Part shown: positions 1-8,867 of the stretch, piece by piece
How the letters are laid out: every line of letters starts with the position of its first letter
Position numbering within the stretch: the first letter of the stretch is position 1
From: a virus
DNA length: 64,000 nt
Virus record (IMG/VR): IMGVR_UViG_3300035698_017726
Span: 50,833 to 114,832 of that record
Strand: one strand, 5' to 3'
The notes under the pieces: model-generated
What the model was told of the DNA's origin: nothing
Database searches by the model: none
The model's input: only the letters and a program-made list of their open reading frames with translations
Made by a program: the position numbers and the translations under genes

Positions 1-207
1 GCCGAAGTCTTTGCGCACACCCACGACACCGTTGGTGACGCTACGGCCAAGGCTGTGTGGCCCAATGCCGCTCAGAAGGGCGACATGAAGATCGCCGGTG
101 CCAAGGAAGGATCCCTCTACGAGTTCAGTGAGCTCTTCGACCTCGCCTCAAAGGGTGAGCTTGGTAAGGAAGCTCAGGTCTGGGCCGCGCAAGTAGAGAG
201 TATGTAA
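1..207 (+). CDS. 3' end of a putative virion/internal head protein (partial)
   Basis: Frame 1 open from base 1 to TAA at 205-207; ends ...SLYEFSELFDLASKGELGKEAQVW..., similar to the C-terminus of the next ORF. Confidence 0.7.
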   Translation, partial: AEVFAHTHDTVGDATAKAVWPNAAQKGDMKIAGAKEGSLYEFSELFDLASKGELGKEAQVWAAQVESM

Positions 208-210
208 GAG

Positions 211-1965
211 ATGGCTGCTCCAACCCTTTCAGTTGCCCTACAGCGGGGGAAGAAGACTTTGTTCAAGAAGCCTTCTCCTCAGCAGGGTGAGGTACCTGGA
301 AAGGTTGCGGACATGGCCAATCCGACTACGTCCCAGTTGGACCTGCTGAACACCGTTCCGTCCGCAAGGATGGATCGGTATAAGCAGTACCTTCAGGGAC
401 ACGCAGAGGCTCCGCCTATCGATGTTGTAGAGAAGGCTAGTCCAATTGCCCAAGCCGGAAGAGGCATAGGCACGGTAGCCGGGTCGGTGATTGGGGCCCC
501 CGTCTCTGCCGTTGCTCGTTTGGGTGGTAGAGAGAGAGCACTCAGCGCGTTTAAGTCCACTCAAGGCCTAGGCGCGGATATAGGTGGTCGTCTTGGTGGG
601 TTCGTAGGAACTGAGGCGCTAAAGGCCCAGGAAGCGAAGAGATCTCTTCGTGCCCAAGAAGCTGAGAGAGCTCTAGGGTCAGACGACCTACAAGCGAATA
701 TGGAAAACGCGGTCTGGAGTCAGCAGCTAGGCCAGAACAACACTCGTGGTGCGGCGCAAGACAAGGCTGACCTCGAAAAGGCCCGGATGAGGACCAAGCT
801 TCTCAGCCAGGGGATGAACCTGTATGGTAAGTCTGTAGCCGGCGGTGGCCTACCTTCAGCACCTATAGATTCCGGCCCAGGGATCGGAGAGCAGCTTAAA
901 GACGCATTCAACTCCGTGAGGGGCTCCGTGACTGGAAAAACTGCTGGAATCGGCGAACCTAGTCAAGATCAGTTGGATCTTCTGAATACGCATCCATCCA
1001 TGCGCGCAGATAAGTACAAGCAGCATCTGCAGGGATACGTAGACCGCCCTCAGATTGACCCGGAGTCAGGGGTTGGAACGGGTAGAGTGACCGGCGGTGT
1101 TACCGGTGGGCTACTCGGAGCAGGACTTGGAAGTATTGTTGCTAGCGGCAACCCTTTGGCTGGCGCAGCTGTTGGTGGCGTCGCCGGTGCGGGTCTTGGT
1201 GCTTGGGGCGGCGGGTCTCTGGCGCGCAGTAATGCCCAGAGCACCAATGAAGATAACGCCATGTGGTCCGAGCACGCCAAGGAGCTCCTTGGTAACGAGG
1301 ACCTCACTCCTCACATGGAGAACGCCGTCTGGAGACAACAGCAGCACCAAACCCAGATGCGAGAAGAGCAGGAAGCTGAAGAGCGGCAACGTCGCCAGGA
1401 GATGACGGCTAAGCTAGTCGGCCAGGCCATCGATGCCTATAAGGACCGGGGAACCCCACAGCCCGCTCTGCTACAAGAAGCTGCTCCTGCGCAAGAGCCA
1501 ATGCACGTTGACCCTAGGTCGAGCTTTGGTTCTCCTCCCCCTGATGAACGTGCTCCCAAACTCAAAGAACGAGCACCTAAGCTCAAGGCTAAGGACTCAA
1601 ATCGCCCACTAGGCGATGAGGACATTCCTTCCTGGGCAGAAGACAAAGACGCGTTCCGCGCCGCACAGAAAGAAGTAGAGGGGTACAAGGCTGCGTCTCT
1701 ACGTGACTACGCACAACTTTATGAATTTGCATCTACCGGTGAGCTAGGTAAAGAAGCTCAAGCGTATATCACTGGCTTCGCCCAGCTAGTTGATGGTAAG
1801 CTTGGCAAACCATATCTCACTAAAGTCGCCGATGAAGCTTCAGTCCAAGAGTCTGCAGAGGATGCGAAAAAGCGTAGGCTTTCTTCGCTTCTGAAGAAGC
1901 AGGCACCTTCTGGGACTGTGACAGGATCGGCATCCCCGAACCCACCAATGGGATACCTACAATGA
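211..1965 (+). CDS. Putative internal virion protein with internal duplication and glycine-zipper segments
   Basis: 584-aa ORF; two copies of SQLDLLNTxPS.R.D.YKQ.LQG...MENAVW.QQ; GxxxG-rich stretches; lies upstream of capsid genes. Confidence 0.6.
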   Translation: MAAPTLSVALQRGKKTLFKKPSPQQGEVPGKVADMANPTTSQLDLLNTVPSARMDRYKQYLQGHAEAPPIDVVEKASPIAQAGRGIGTVAGSVIGAPVSAVARLGGRERALSAFKSTQGLGADIGGRLGGFVGTEALKAQEAKRSLRAQEAERALGSDDLQANMENAVWSQQLGQNNTRGAAQDKADLEKARMRTKLLSQGMNLYGKSVAGGGLPSAPIDSGPGIGEQLKDAFNSVRGSVTGKTAGIGEPSQDQLDLLNTHPSMRADKYKQHLQGYVDRPQIDPESGVGTGRVTGGVTGGLLGAGLGSIVASGNPLAGAAVGGVAGAGLGAWGGGSLARSNAQSTNEDNAMWSEHAKELLGNEDLTPHMENAVWRQQQHQTQMREEQEAEERQRRQEMTAKLVGQAIDAYKDRGTPQPALLQEAAPAQEPMHVDPRSSFGSPPPDERAPKLKERAPKLKAKDSNRPLGDEDIPSWAEDKDAFRAAQKEVEGYKAASLRDYAQLYEFASTGELGKEAQAYITGFAQLVDGKLGKPYLTKVADEASVQESAEDAKKRRLSSLLKKQAPSGTVTGSASPNPPMGYLQ

Positions 1966-2330
1966 CTGTAAAGCTAGGATCGACACAGATCTCTGCAGTA
2001 GCTGCTCGGGGTGCCCAGACTATTCGCTCTCTGACAGAGAAGGCAGCTTCTTTGGATTCTGAGAACGACGGTCTGCGTCAGGAACTGGCCGATCTGAGGC
2101 GTGATGCTCGCATCAGCAAGATCGCGTCGGAGATGGACGACAAGGGCCTTCAAGCAGACATGACCTTCGAAGAGAAGGTTGCAGCTCTCCGTGAACATGA
2201 CAATCTCGACCTTGCAGAAGAGGCCGTGAAGTTTGCTTCTTTCGCCGTTCCGCTGGCTACCGTCTCTGAAGATGGGCCTACGGAGAATCAGGGCGGAAGT
2301 CTTCATGGCTATCTTGTGACAGGCGGATAG
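1962..2330 (+). CDS. Coiled-coil protein, possible capsid scaffold
   Basis: 122 aa, helical and charged, several K-x-A-S motifs, two genes upstream of the major capsid gene. Confidence 0.5.
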   Translation: MTVKLGSTQISAVAARGAQTIRSLTEKAASLDSENDGLRQELADLRRDARISKIASEMDDKGLQADMTFEEKVAALREHDNLDLAEEAVKFASFAVPLATVSEDGPTENQGGSLHGYLVTGG

Positions 2331-2396
2331 CAATCCGGCCTTGCATACATGCATCATAGGCCATACCATTCAGGAAGTTAAGGAGGCCCACTTACC

Positions 2397-2960
2397 ATGG
2401 CCGGAACCTATATCTCAATCCTGCAGCCAGGTTACTCCACTCTGTGGACGCGTGACCTGCTGTACACGCCAGGCACCAATGAAAGTGCCTCCATCAACCC
2501 CTTCGATCCCAACGATGATCGACCCCTCGTAGAGGGTGAGTGGCTAGAGCATTCGTCTACGGTACAAAACCGCGTCTCACGCGGCGGCGCCAATGGTGCC
2601 GGTGCTGGAGCATGTACTGCTCCAGGTATCAAAGAAAACGAAGGCATGAACCCCTCGTATATGTACTTCATGGAACAGGGACGGTACGACGCGCAAGCAA
2701 CTAAGCGCGTTCACATGATCTTGGGCCCCTACGGATACGAGTTCCGTACCAAGCTCTGTGACGATACCGTGGCTATTCCGGTGAACACCGCTCTTACCGT
2801 CTGGGACTGGGATGGCCCGGCAGGCGCATGGGGCTTGGTACGTCGTGTTCTTGGAGCTCGCGTAGATGCGGCTTCTTGGACCGTTGGTCGCGTTGTTCGT
2901 GTCTTTGGCACAAACGACGTTAGCGTCATCTTCATGCCTGGTTCCGGCCACGCGGCCTAA
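2397..2960 (+). CDS. Putative head decoration/capsid stabilising protein
   Basis: Strong RBS (AAGGAGG), beta-rich 187 aa, immediately upstream of the major capsid gene. Confidence 0.5.
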   Translation: MAGTYISILQPGYSTLWTRDLLYTPGTNESASINPFDPNDDRPLVEGEWLEHSSTVQNRVSRGGANGAGAGACTAPGIKENEGMNPSYMYFMEQGRYDAQATKRVHMILGPYGYEFRTKLCDDTVAIPVNTALTVWDWDGPAGAWGLVRRVLGARVDAASWTVGRVVRVFGTNDVSVIFMPGSGHAA

Positions 2961-2970
2961 GGAGTACACC

Positions 2971-4128
2971 ATGGATTACACTGCTGAAATGGTCAACTCC
3001 GGCTTCCTAGAGAGACTGGACACCGATGGCCCCACTAAGGTGGCCGCCAACACCCTCAACTACATCAAGGACAGGTTGCGTGAAGCGAGCTTCGCCGACA
3101 TGATCGTCCCCGCTCAACGTGTTGTGCGTGGCGATCTACAGCGTAGTACCGAGCACGACACCATGGTCAAGATCGTGGACATCGAGCCCGGCTCACGCGC
3201 CATGAGCTTGAACTTCCGTGGCCAGCCCGAGGCCGTGTACATCACCGGTAAGCGCTATGCGATCACCTTCTGGACCATCTCGTCCATGAAGTTCGAGATC
3301 GTCGAGCAGGAGCTGATGGCGTACGAGATGCCTGTGACCAAGATCATTGAGGAGAACAGCCTCAAGGATATGGTTGAGGTAAAGGACCGCGAGTTCCTGT
3401 ACCACGTCGAGGCCTGCATCGAAGCTATGCAGAGTGAGGGTAATGCTGGCGCCACCGCGTTCAACACCACGAACGTGAACCTCGGTCCCGCGACCGTGGT
3501 TGGTGTTTCCAAGCTGAAGGGCGAGCTCGCTCTCCAGCAGGTGACTGACGACTTCGTGTCGTACGCCATCTCCCGTCCTGACATCGTCAAGATCAAGAAG
3601 CTGCTCAAGCGTCAGATTCTGGATGCCGCCGGTAACGTCGTGCGCCAGGGACGTCTCAAGCCAGCTCTGATGCTGATGACTGAGTCGGACACCGATGACT
3701 TCGACCAGTGGACCCATGAGGACTTTGGTGACAGGCTCCAGTCTGACACCACTACCGACGGGTACACCTACAACAAGGTCCTAGGTCTGCGCATCATCCG
3801 CACGATCAAGAACGACATCCTTCGTGAAGGCAACGTCTACATCTTCACCAGCCCTGAGTTCTTCGGTAGGAACTACATCCTCAACGATGTGAAGTTCTAT
3901 ATCGACAAGATCGCTAACCGGATCTTCTGGCAGGCCTGGATGGACATTGGTATGGGCTTCGGAAACATCGCTTCCGTAGTCAAGCTTGAGCTCTACTCTG
4001 GCTCCACCATCACTGGTGCTACCGATACCGGCTTTGCGGCTGCCATCCCGGTTGAGGAAGAGGAAATCGGAGCTCAGAACAACAAGGCTGCAGACGGTCT
4101 GACCTTCCCCAGCATCACCGTCTACTAG
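2971..4128 (+). CDS. Major capsid protein (HK97 fold, inferred)
   Basis: AAGGAG RBS then ATG at 2971; 385 aa; strongly biased codon usage typical of high expression; followed by a terminator; position in the head module. Confidence 0.75.
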   Translation: MDYTAEMVNSGFLERLDTDGPTKVAANTLNYIKDRLREASFADMIVPAQRVVRGDLQRSTEHDTMVKIVDIEPGSRAMSLNFRGQPEAVYITGKRYAITFWTISSMKFEIVEQELMAYEMPVTKIIEENSLKDMVEVKDREFLYHVEACIEAMQSEGNAGATAFNTTNVNLGPATVVGVSKLKGELALQQVTDDFVSYAISRPDIVKIKKLLKRQILDAAGNVVRQGRLKPALMLMTESDTDDFDQWTHEDFGDRLQSDTTTDGYTYNKVLGLRIIRTIKNDILREGNVYIFTSPEFFGRNYILNDVKFYIDKIANRIFWQAWMDIGMGFGNIASVVKLELYSGSTITGATDTGFAAAIPVEEEEIGAQNNKAADGLTFPSITVY

Positions 4129-4154
4129 TAGCCGCAAGGCTACCAGAGGCAAAA

Positions 4155-4189
4155 GCGGCCTCGGTCCCTGTGGGGCCGGGGCCGTTTCG
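4155..4189 (+). terminator. Hairpin after the capsid gene
   Basis: GCGGCCTCGGTCC-loop-GGGCCGGGGCCGT followed by TTC. Confidence 0.55.
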
Positions 4190-4202
4190 CCATGGAGCTC
4201 CG

Positions 4203-4925
4203 ATGAGATACCTACTCAGAAACACCATTCGAGACACGCAGTACAAGACGAAGCGTGCTGCGCACCCAGGAAAGGCGAATAGACGGCCGATTATCGGCGG
4301 AAAGCCTCTTCCACCCAGCTCTACCAGAATTCTCCGTCTCCCGCAATTCACCAAGAAGATGCTGGATGAGATCGAGTACCATCAGGAGGTAGGTAACGTC
4401 GTCCTGCTCAGCGTAGGAAAGGCGGGACCCTGTGTAGACATCAACGCACTTAGGAAGCGTCTGGGATTCCCGATTCCAGTGACGCCCGGCCCAGTAGTGA
4501 AGACCGTCAGTGAGCCCGCTCCTGCAGTCTCCATCTCTGAGCCTGTAGAAGAGATTCAGATTCCAGAAGTAGCCCCGGTAGAAGAGGCACCTCTTCCAGT
4601 TCCTGAGCCAGAACCCGAGCCAGAACCCGAGCCCCAGATCGAAGTTCAAGTAGGCGTCGTTACGGCTGTGGTCACCCCCGGAGAAGATGGGGAGTTCGGA
4701 ACTGAGGACGATGTAGTACAGCTAGGCGGCAGCATCATAGATGAGATCACCGAGCCTGATACTCCTGTAGAGGAAGAAGACGCCAAGCCGGTCTATACTG
4801 AGTCTGAGCTCAAGAAGATGAAGAACGACAAGCTCAGAGCAATTCTGTTGATGGAGCACGGAGTGAAGCTCCACGCCAAGAAGGCTGAGCTCGTTTCCAC
4901 GATCCTCGAACTTCAGGAGGACTAA
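4203..4925 (+). CDS. Protein with EP-repeat linker and C-terminal HeH/LEM/Rho-N-like domain
   Basis: PEPEPEPEP tract; C-terminus YTESELKKMKNDKLRAIL...AKKAELVSTIL. Confidence 0.6.
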   Translation: MRYLLRNTIRDTQYKTKRAAHPGKANRRPIIGGKPLPPSSTRILRLPQFTKKMLDEIEYHQEVGNVVLLSVGKAGPCVDINALRKRLGFPIPVTPGPVVKTVSEPAPAVSISEPVEEIQIPEVAPVEEAPLPVPEPEPEPEPEPQIEVQVGVVTAVVTPGEDGEFGTEDDVVQLGGSIIDEITEPDTPVEEEDAKPVYTESELKKMKNDKLRAILLMEHGVKLHAKKAELVSTILELQED

Positions 4926-4930
4926 AGAGC

Positions 4931-5413
4931 ATGGCTCTCGTCCAAGTCCACAACATCTCAGACCGGAATAGCACTAAGTCTCTACCAAAGGCGTTTCGCG
5001 TAGGCGGCATCAAAATCCGTCCTGGCAGCGCCGAGCTGGTAGATGACACTAACATCAACTCAAAGGTTCGTAGACTTCACGGCACACACCTGTGGATCGG
5101 TGCCCTTCCTCCTGCTCTCCTGAAGACCGCCAAGTCGCTCGTCAGAGAAAAGGAAGCTGCCCTCTCCTTGAAGACAGATCCCATGACCATTCAGGAAGCC
5201 AGAGAGTATCTCGGCAGTCTGACGGCCAAGGACATCAGGGTATTGGCAGACGGAATGGTTCCCCCACTGACGTTCAAGCGTGAGCCTCCTGTCCGTCAAC
5301 TAGTCGCCAGAGTAAGCAGAGCCATGTTCAGTGGTACTCGTATCCTGGACCCGTCTGTTTTCTTCTGGTCTCGTAGATGGACTAAGTCAGGATCCGAATA
5401 CGTAGAGAAGTAG
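4931..5413 (+). CDS. Hypothetical protein (head module)
   Basis: 160-aa ORF tightly packed in the operon. Confidence 0.6.
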   Translation: MALVQVHNISDRNSTKSLPKAFRVGGIKIRPGSAELVDDTNINSKVRRLHGTHLWIGALPPALLKTAKSLVREKEAALSLKTDPMTIQEAREYLGSLTAKDIRVLADGMVPPLTFKREPPVRQLVARVSRAMFSGTRILDPSVFFWSRRWTKSGSEYVEK

Positions 5414-5414
5414 A

Positions 5415-5921
5415 ATGCTAGGCTTAGGTCCCACTATTGCGGTTCCTACGGCAAGCGCCCGCATGAACGAGCTGATTGCACGCATTCGGCTCTTCACGCG
5501 GGACTTCCCCGAACTGAACCGACTCATCAAGGGTGAAGAGTCCAGCGACCGTATGATCGCTTGGGCGATCATCGACACCCTTGATGATTGGAACTCCACC
5601 CCTCCATTTCTAAGCATGGCCGCATCCATTTCCAACTTCCCCTCGGAGCACTTGTTGGTCCGAGGGGCAGTCTGCTGTCTCCTAGAGAGTGTCGGTCTTC
5701 TTCAGACCCGGAACCACCTTCAGTTCTCTGATGGTGGCCTGTCTGTGTCGATCTCCGACAAGGCTCCGCTCATCATGAACTGGATTCAGCTCTTCAGAAC
5801 GCAGTACGAGCAGAAGAAGCTCCGCATGAAGACGGCTATCAACATTGAGATGGCCTTCGATGGATCAGGAACCTTCTCAGAGTACTTCGCCGTCAACGGA
5901 ATCTATATGGGAGCGTTCTAA
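5415..5921 (+). CDS. Putative head-tail adaptor
   Basis: 168 aa, helical; position after the capsid gene; FSDGGLSVS motif region. Confidence 0.5.
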   Translation: MLGLGPTIAVPTASARMNELIARIRLFTRDFPELNRLIKGEESSDRMIAWAIIDTLDDWNSTPPFLSMAASISNFPSEHLLVRGAVCCLLESVGLLQTRNHLQFSDGGLSVSISDKAPLIMNWIQLFRTQYEQKKLRMKTAINIEMAFDGSGTFSEYFAVNGIYMGAF

Positions 5922-6490
5922 TGCCCAAAGACATCCCGAACACCATCTGGAAGGCTGATGACCCTCTAGAGCGTAAAGTCCATGCTGCCGAGTATTGGTC
6001 CGAGCTCACAGGTAGAGATGAGTCCGCTAAGCGTGAAGCTGAGAGAGTTCCCTCTCCGCACGATGACGCTGAGGTGGAGTACGAGGATGGAGGGCACACC
6101 TTCGAAGATGAGAAGGATGCCTCTGTCCCTGAGGACCTGAAGGCACCGCTAGTTGGTGGAGCTATTGGGGGCACACTCGGTGCTGCTTCTGGGGCTGCTC
6201 TCGGCTACCACAATAGCCGTCCCGGTGCCGACGGTAAGAGCCGCTCCGAGATAGGAAGAGAGCGGAAGCTCAGGGATCATCTCGAAGACAAAGAGCGGGC
6301 CGGTAAGGCTCCAGGGCTTCGGGCCAAGTATCACCAGATGATGCTGAACGAGGCCGTCAAGAACAGGAAGTCTCCTCTTCGCGGAGCTCTAGGCACTGCC
6401 GTAGGAGTAGGAACTGTAGGAGCACTCAGCGGAGCTGGAGTCGGCGCTGAGTATCAAGGGGCTAAGAGTGATCACGCTTCGGAACTGTAG
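5921..6490 (+). CDS. Glycine-zipper virion protein
   Basis: GGAIGGTLGAASGAALG and GALGTAVGVGTVGALSGAGVG segments. Confidence 0.55.
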   Translation: MPKDIPNTIWKADDPLERKVHAAEYWSELTGRDESAKREAERVPSPHDDAEVEYEDGGHTFEDEKDASVPEDLKAPLVGGAIGGTLGAASGAALGYHNSRPGADGKSRSEIGRERKLRDHLEDKERAGKAPGLRAKYHQMMLNEAVKNRKSPLRGALGTAVGVGTVGALSGAGVGAEYQGAKSDHASEL

Positions 6491-7337
6491 GGTCGTCTCC
6501 TTTAGCAGGGAGTACATGGATATCTTCTGGGAGGTTGAACCTACCAACGAGGATATCCAGGCCTTCGAGTTTTACGTGGAGCGGTCAGAAGCGGAAGCCG
6601 GACCTTGGCAGCAGATTGCGGGTCCCCTTATCGACAGGTACTACGTCAGAGACGACAGCGCGCCACAGCTCTACGTCGCTAGAAGGATGTTCTACCGAGT
6701 AAAGGTACGGAATACGCTACAGGGTTGGGAGTCTTACTCCGACGTCCTCATTCGTGAGGGAGAACGTGACCTTATCTCTGAAGAGATTGTGCGCGCTGAA
6801 GCCGTCCTCTTCAGAGAGTTCGTAGGCCGCAAGTGTTGGATGTTCCCCGTACGCACCTTCGGCCAGAGATGCCCTCAGTGCTACGACAAGGTGATGCAGA
6901 AGGCTACTGACGACAGATGCCCCACATGTTGGGGTACTGGCTACTCCGGAGGCTATCACTACCCTATCGCCTTCTGGGCGCAGCTGGATGAGGGAGAGGA
7001 GTCCATCTCGGCTGCCTCCGACCATCACAGCATGATACTGAACTTTACCATCAGAACTGGACCGTCTCCTGGGATGAAGCCAGGGGACCTGATCATCGAT
7101 AATCTCAATAGACGGTCTAGAGTGCTTTCTTACTCCAGTACTCGCCGTTTAGGAGTACCTGTTAGGCAGGAATGCCGTATGGTTATGGTTCAGCCCAACA
7201 GCGTAGAAGACGCCATTCCTCTGCGCGTAGACCACGAAGACGAGGTGTTGGTGCCGCCTAGGAACTTTACGAATCCCCAGTGTCTAGAAAGCGCTGACTC
7301 AAGCGTAGACGATATACTCGATAAGTATGGGTACTGA
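6468..7337 (+). CDS. Putative head closure/neck protein with FN3-like N-terminus and Zn finger
   Basis: F.VERSE...YRVKV FN3-like pattern; RCPQC...CPTCWGTGYSGGY. Confidence 0.6.
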   Translation: MITLRNCRVVSFSREYMDIFWEVEPTNEDIQAFEFYVERSEAEAGPWQQIAGPLIDRYYVRDDSAPQLYVARRMFYRVKVRNTLQGWESYSDVLIREGERDLISEEIVRAEAVLFREFVGRKCWMFPVRTFGQRCPQCYDKVMQKATDDRCPTCWGTGYSGGYHYPIAFWAQLDEGEESISAASDHHSMILNFTIRTGPSPGMKPGDLIIDNLNRRSRVLSYSSTRRLGVPVRQECRMVMVQPNSVEDAIPLRVDHEDEVLVPPRNFTNPQCLESADSSVDDILDKYGY

Positions 7338-7338
7338 G

Positions 7339-8055
7339 ATGTCTGAAGAGCCTAAGACCAAGATTCAGATTCCATGGAAGACTCATCTGACCAACGCCGG
7401 TTTGGTGGGCCTCAGCATGGGTGGTGGCTATGCTGCCGGATCCTTGGCTGGGTACGGACTGGCTAAGATTCCTGCGGTTCGTGACCAGTGGCACAGCATG
7501 ACGCCCAAGGAAAGAGCGACGTTCAAGGGAGTAGCTCTAGCGGGTCTTTCTACTGCAGCAGGTACCGCTGCAGGTTTAAGGCGTATGGGCACCAATGCTC
7601 GCATCAAGAAGTCCATGCTGGAGATGGAGAAGGCTGACAGGGAAAAGGATAGCCTCCAGAAGGAAGCTGGGGCCGTCTTCACTCAGGCATTCATCTCTGA
7701 AGTAGAGAAGATCGCAGAGCGCGAGCTCTCTGAGATGGAGAAAGAGGCCATTGTCCAGGCCGTCAAAGACATAGCAAGTAGGGGCAAGCCCCTCTTAGCG
7801 GCAGGCATGAAGGCTGTAACAAAGGCCGCTCCAAACCTAGTCCAAGGAAGCGCCTCCAGTCCTGCCGAGGCCATATCAGGCGGGATAAAGGACGTAGCCT
7901 CTCGACTTACCCATACTGCTCCCCGTCCTCATGGAGGAGTAACCCAGTTAGCCTCTCGTCAGCTAGCTAAGAAGGGCCCAGTAGCTGGAATCGGCAAGGC
8001 CCTGAATTGGAGTGCTCCCGCATTCGGGCGCTTTGCGATGGAAGCCGCTACATGA
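7339..8055 (+). CDS. Putative internal virion protein (K-x-A motifs, hydrophobic Gly-rich segments)
   Basis: LQKEAG, AFISEVEKIA and EMEKEAI motifs. Confidence 0.5.
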   Translation: MSEEPKTKIQIPWKTHLTNAGLVGLSMGGGYAAGSLAGYGLAKIPAVRDQWHSMTPKERATFKGVALAGLSTAAGTAAGLRRMGTNARIKKSMLEMEKADREKDSLQKEAGAVFTQAFISEVEKIAERELSEMEKEAIVQAVKDIASRGKPLLAAGMKAVTKAAPNLVQGSASSPAEAISGGIKDVASRLTHTAPRPHGGVTQLASRQLAKKGPVAGIGKALNWSAPAFGRFAMEAAT

Positions 8056-8864
8056 CTCAAGTTCCCGCCAGACACTCGAGTATTGATCAAGGAGTAGGAG
8101 AGGACCCCTCATTCTATATCCTTAGGCTCTACACTCAGTTTCTGCAGGGACTCTTCAACTTCATGCCCACTGGGCACTTCCACTGGGAGCCTAGTCAGGA
8201 GCACAGTGAGATCCTTATTCGTGCAGAGGCTCCCACAGACCCAGAAGTTCTAGGTAAGCTCCCAGCCATCGCAGTGACTATGGGTCCGTACCAGTCCTCG
8301 GGTTTGGGCATCGACAACATGCTCAGTTTCAATATGTGGACCAATGAGCGCACGAGATCTGATCTGATGAATGGGCATCTGGTGGTATACTGCCTCGCGT
8401 CTAACGACAGAGTAGCAATGCGCCTGGCCCACATAGTTTCCCATTACACCCGAGTGCATCAGAGATTGCTGGAGTCCCCAGGGGGATTCCATGCTATTGC
8501 TCGACCCTCTCCAATGGTGAACTCTCCTAGTCCTCCAGGGGCCTTGGTTCCTGGTGACCAGAGAGGCACAGTAATGGTACAAGTAAATGTCCCATTCGCC
8601 TTTCAGTGGACGTGGTCTACAATTCCATTGCGGCAGTCCCCACAAGACCGTTCTTTGGATATGATTACGCAAGAAGATAGAGCATCAGACTACCCTTACA
8701 CTTCCCCTTCCAGGCTTGAAAAGGTAAGGTTAGCTATGTCGACTTCTGACGTCACCGTTAGAAGAATCCGAGGTAGCTACGCTGTCCGCCCTGAGTTCGT
8801 AGAAATCGCCGTAGGACAGGATCCATTCCAGGAGTCCTGGGTGAGTTCCAGCGAGGAGTCATAA
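8052..8864 (+). CDS. Putative tail terminator/completion protein
   Basis: KLPAIAVT motif; directly upstream of the sheath gene. Confidence 0.5.
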   Translation: MTQVPARHSSIDQGVGEDPSFYILRLYTQFLQGLFNFMPTGHFHWEPSQEHSEILIRAEAPTDPEVLGKLPAIAVTMGPYQSSGLGIDNMLSFNMWTNERTRSDLMNGHLVVYCLASNDRVAMRLAHIVSHYTRVHQRLLESPGGFHAIARPSPMVNSPSPPGALVPGDQRGTVMVQVNVPFAFQWTWSTIPLRQSPQDRSLDMITQEDRASDYPYTSPSRLEKVRLAMSTSDVTVRRIRGSYAVRPEFVEIAVGQDPFQESWVSSSEES

Positions 8865-8867
8865 TCA

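Noticed and set aside
4602-4637. 12-nt tandem repeat (GAGCCAGAACCC)
   Set aside because: Simply encodes a PEPEPE linker within a CDS.
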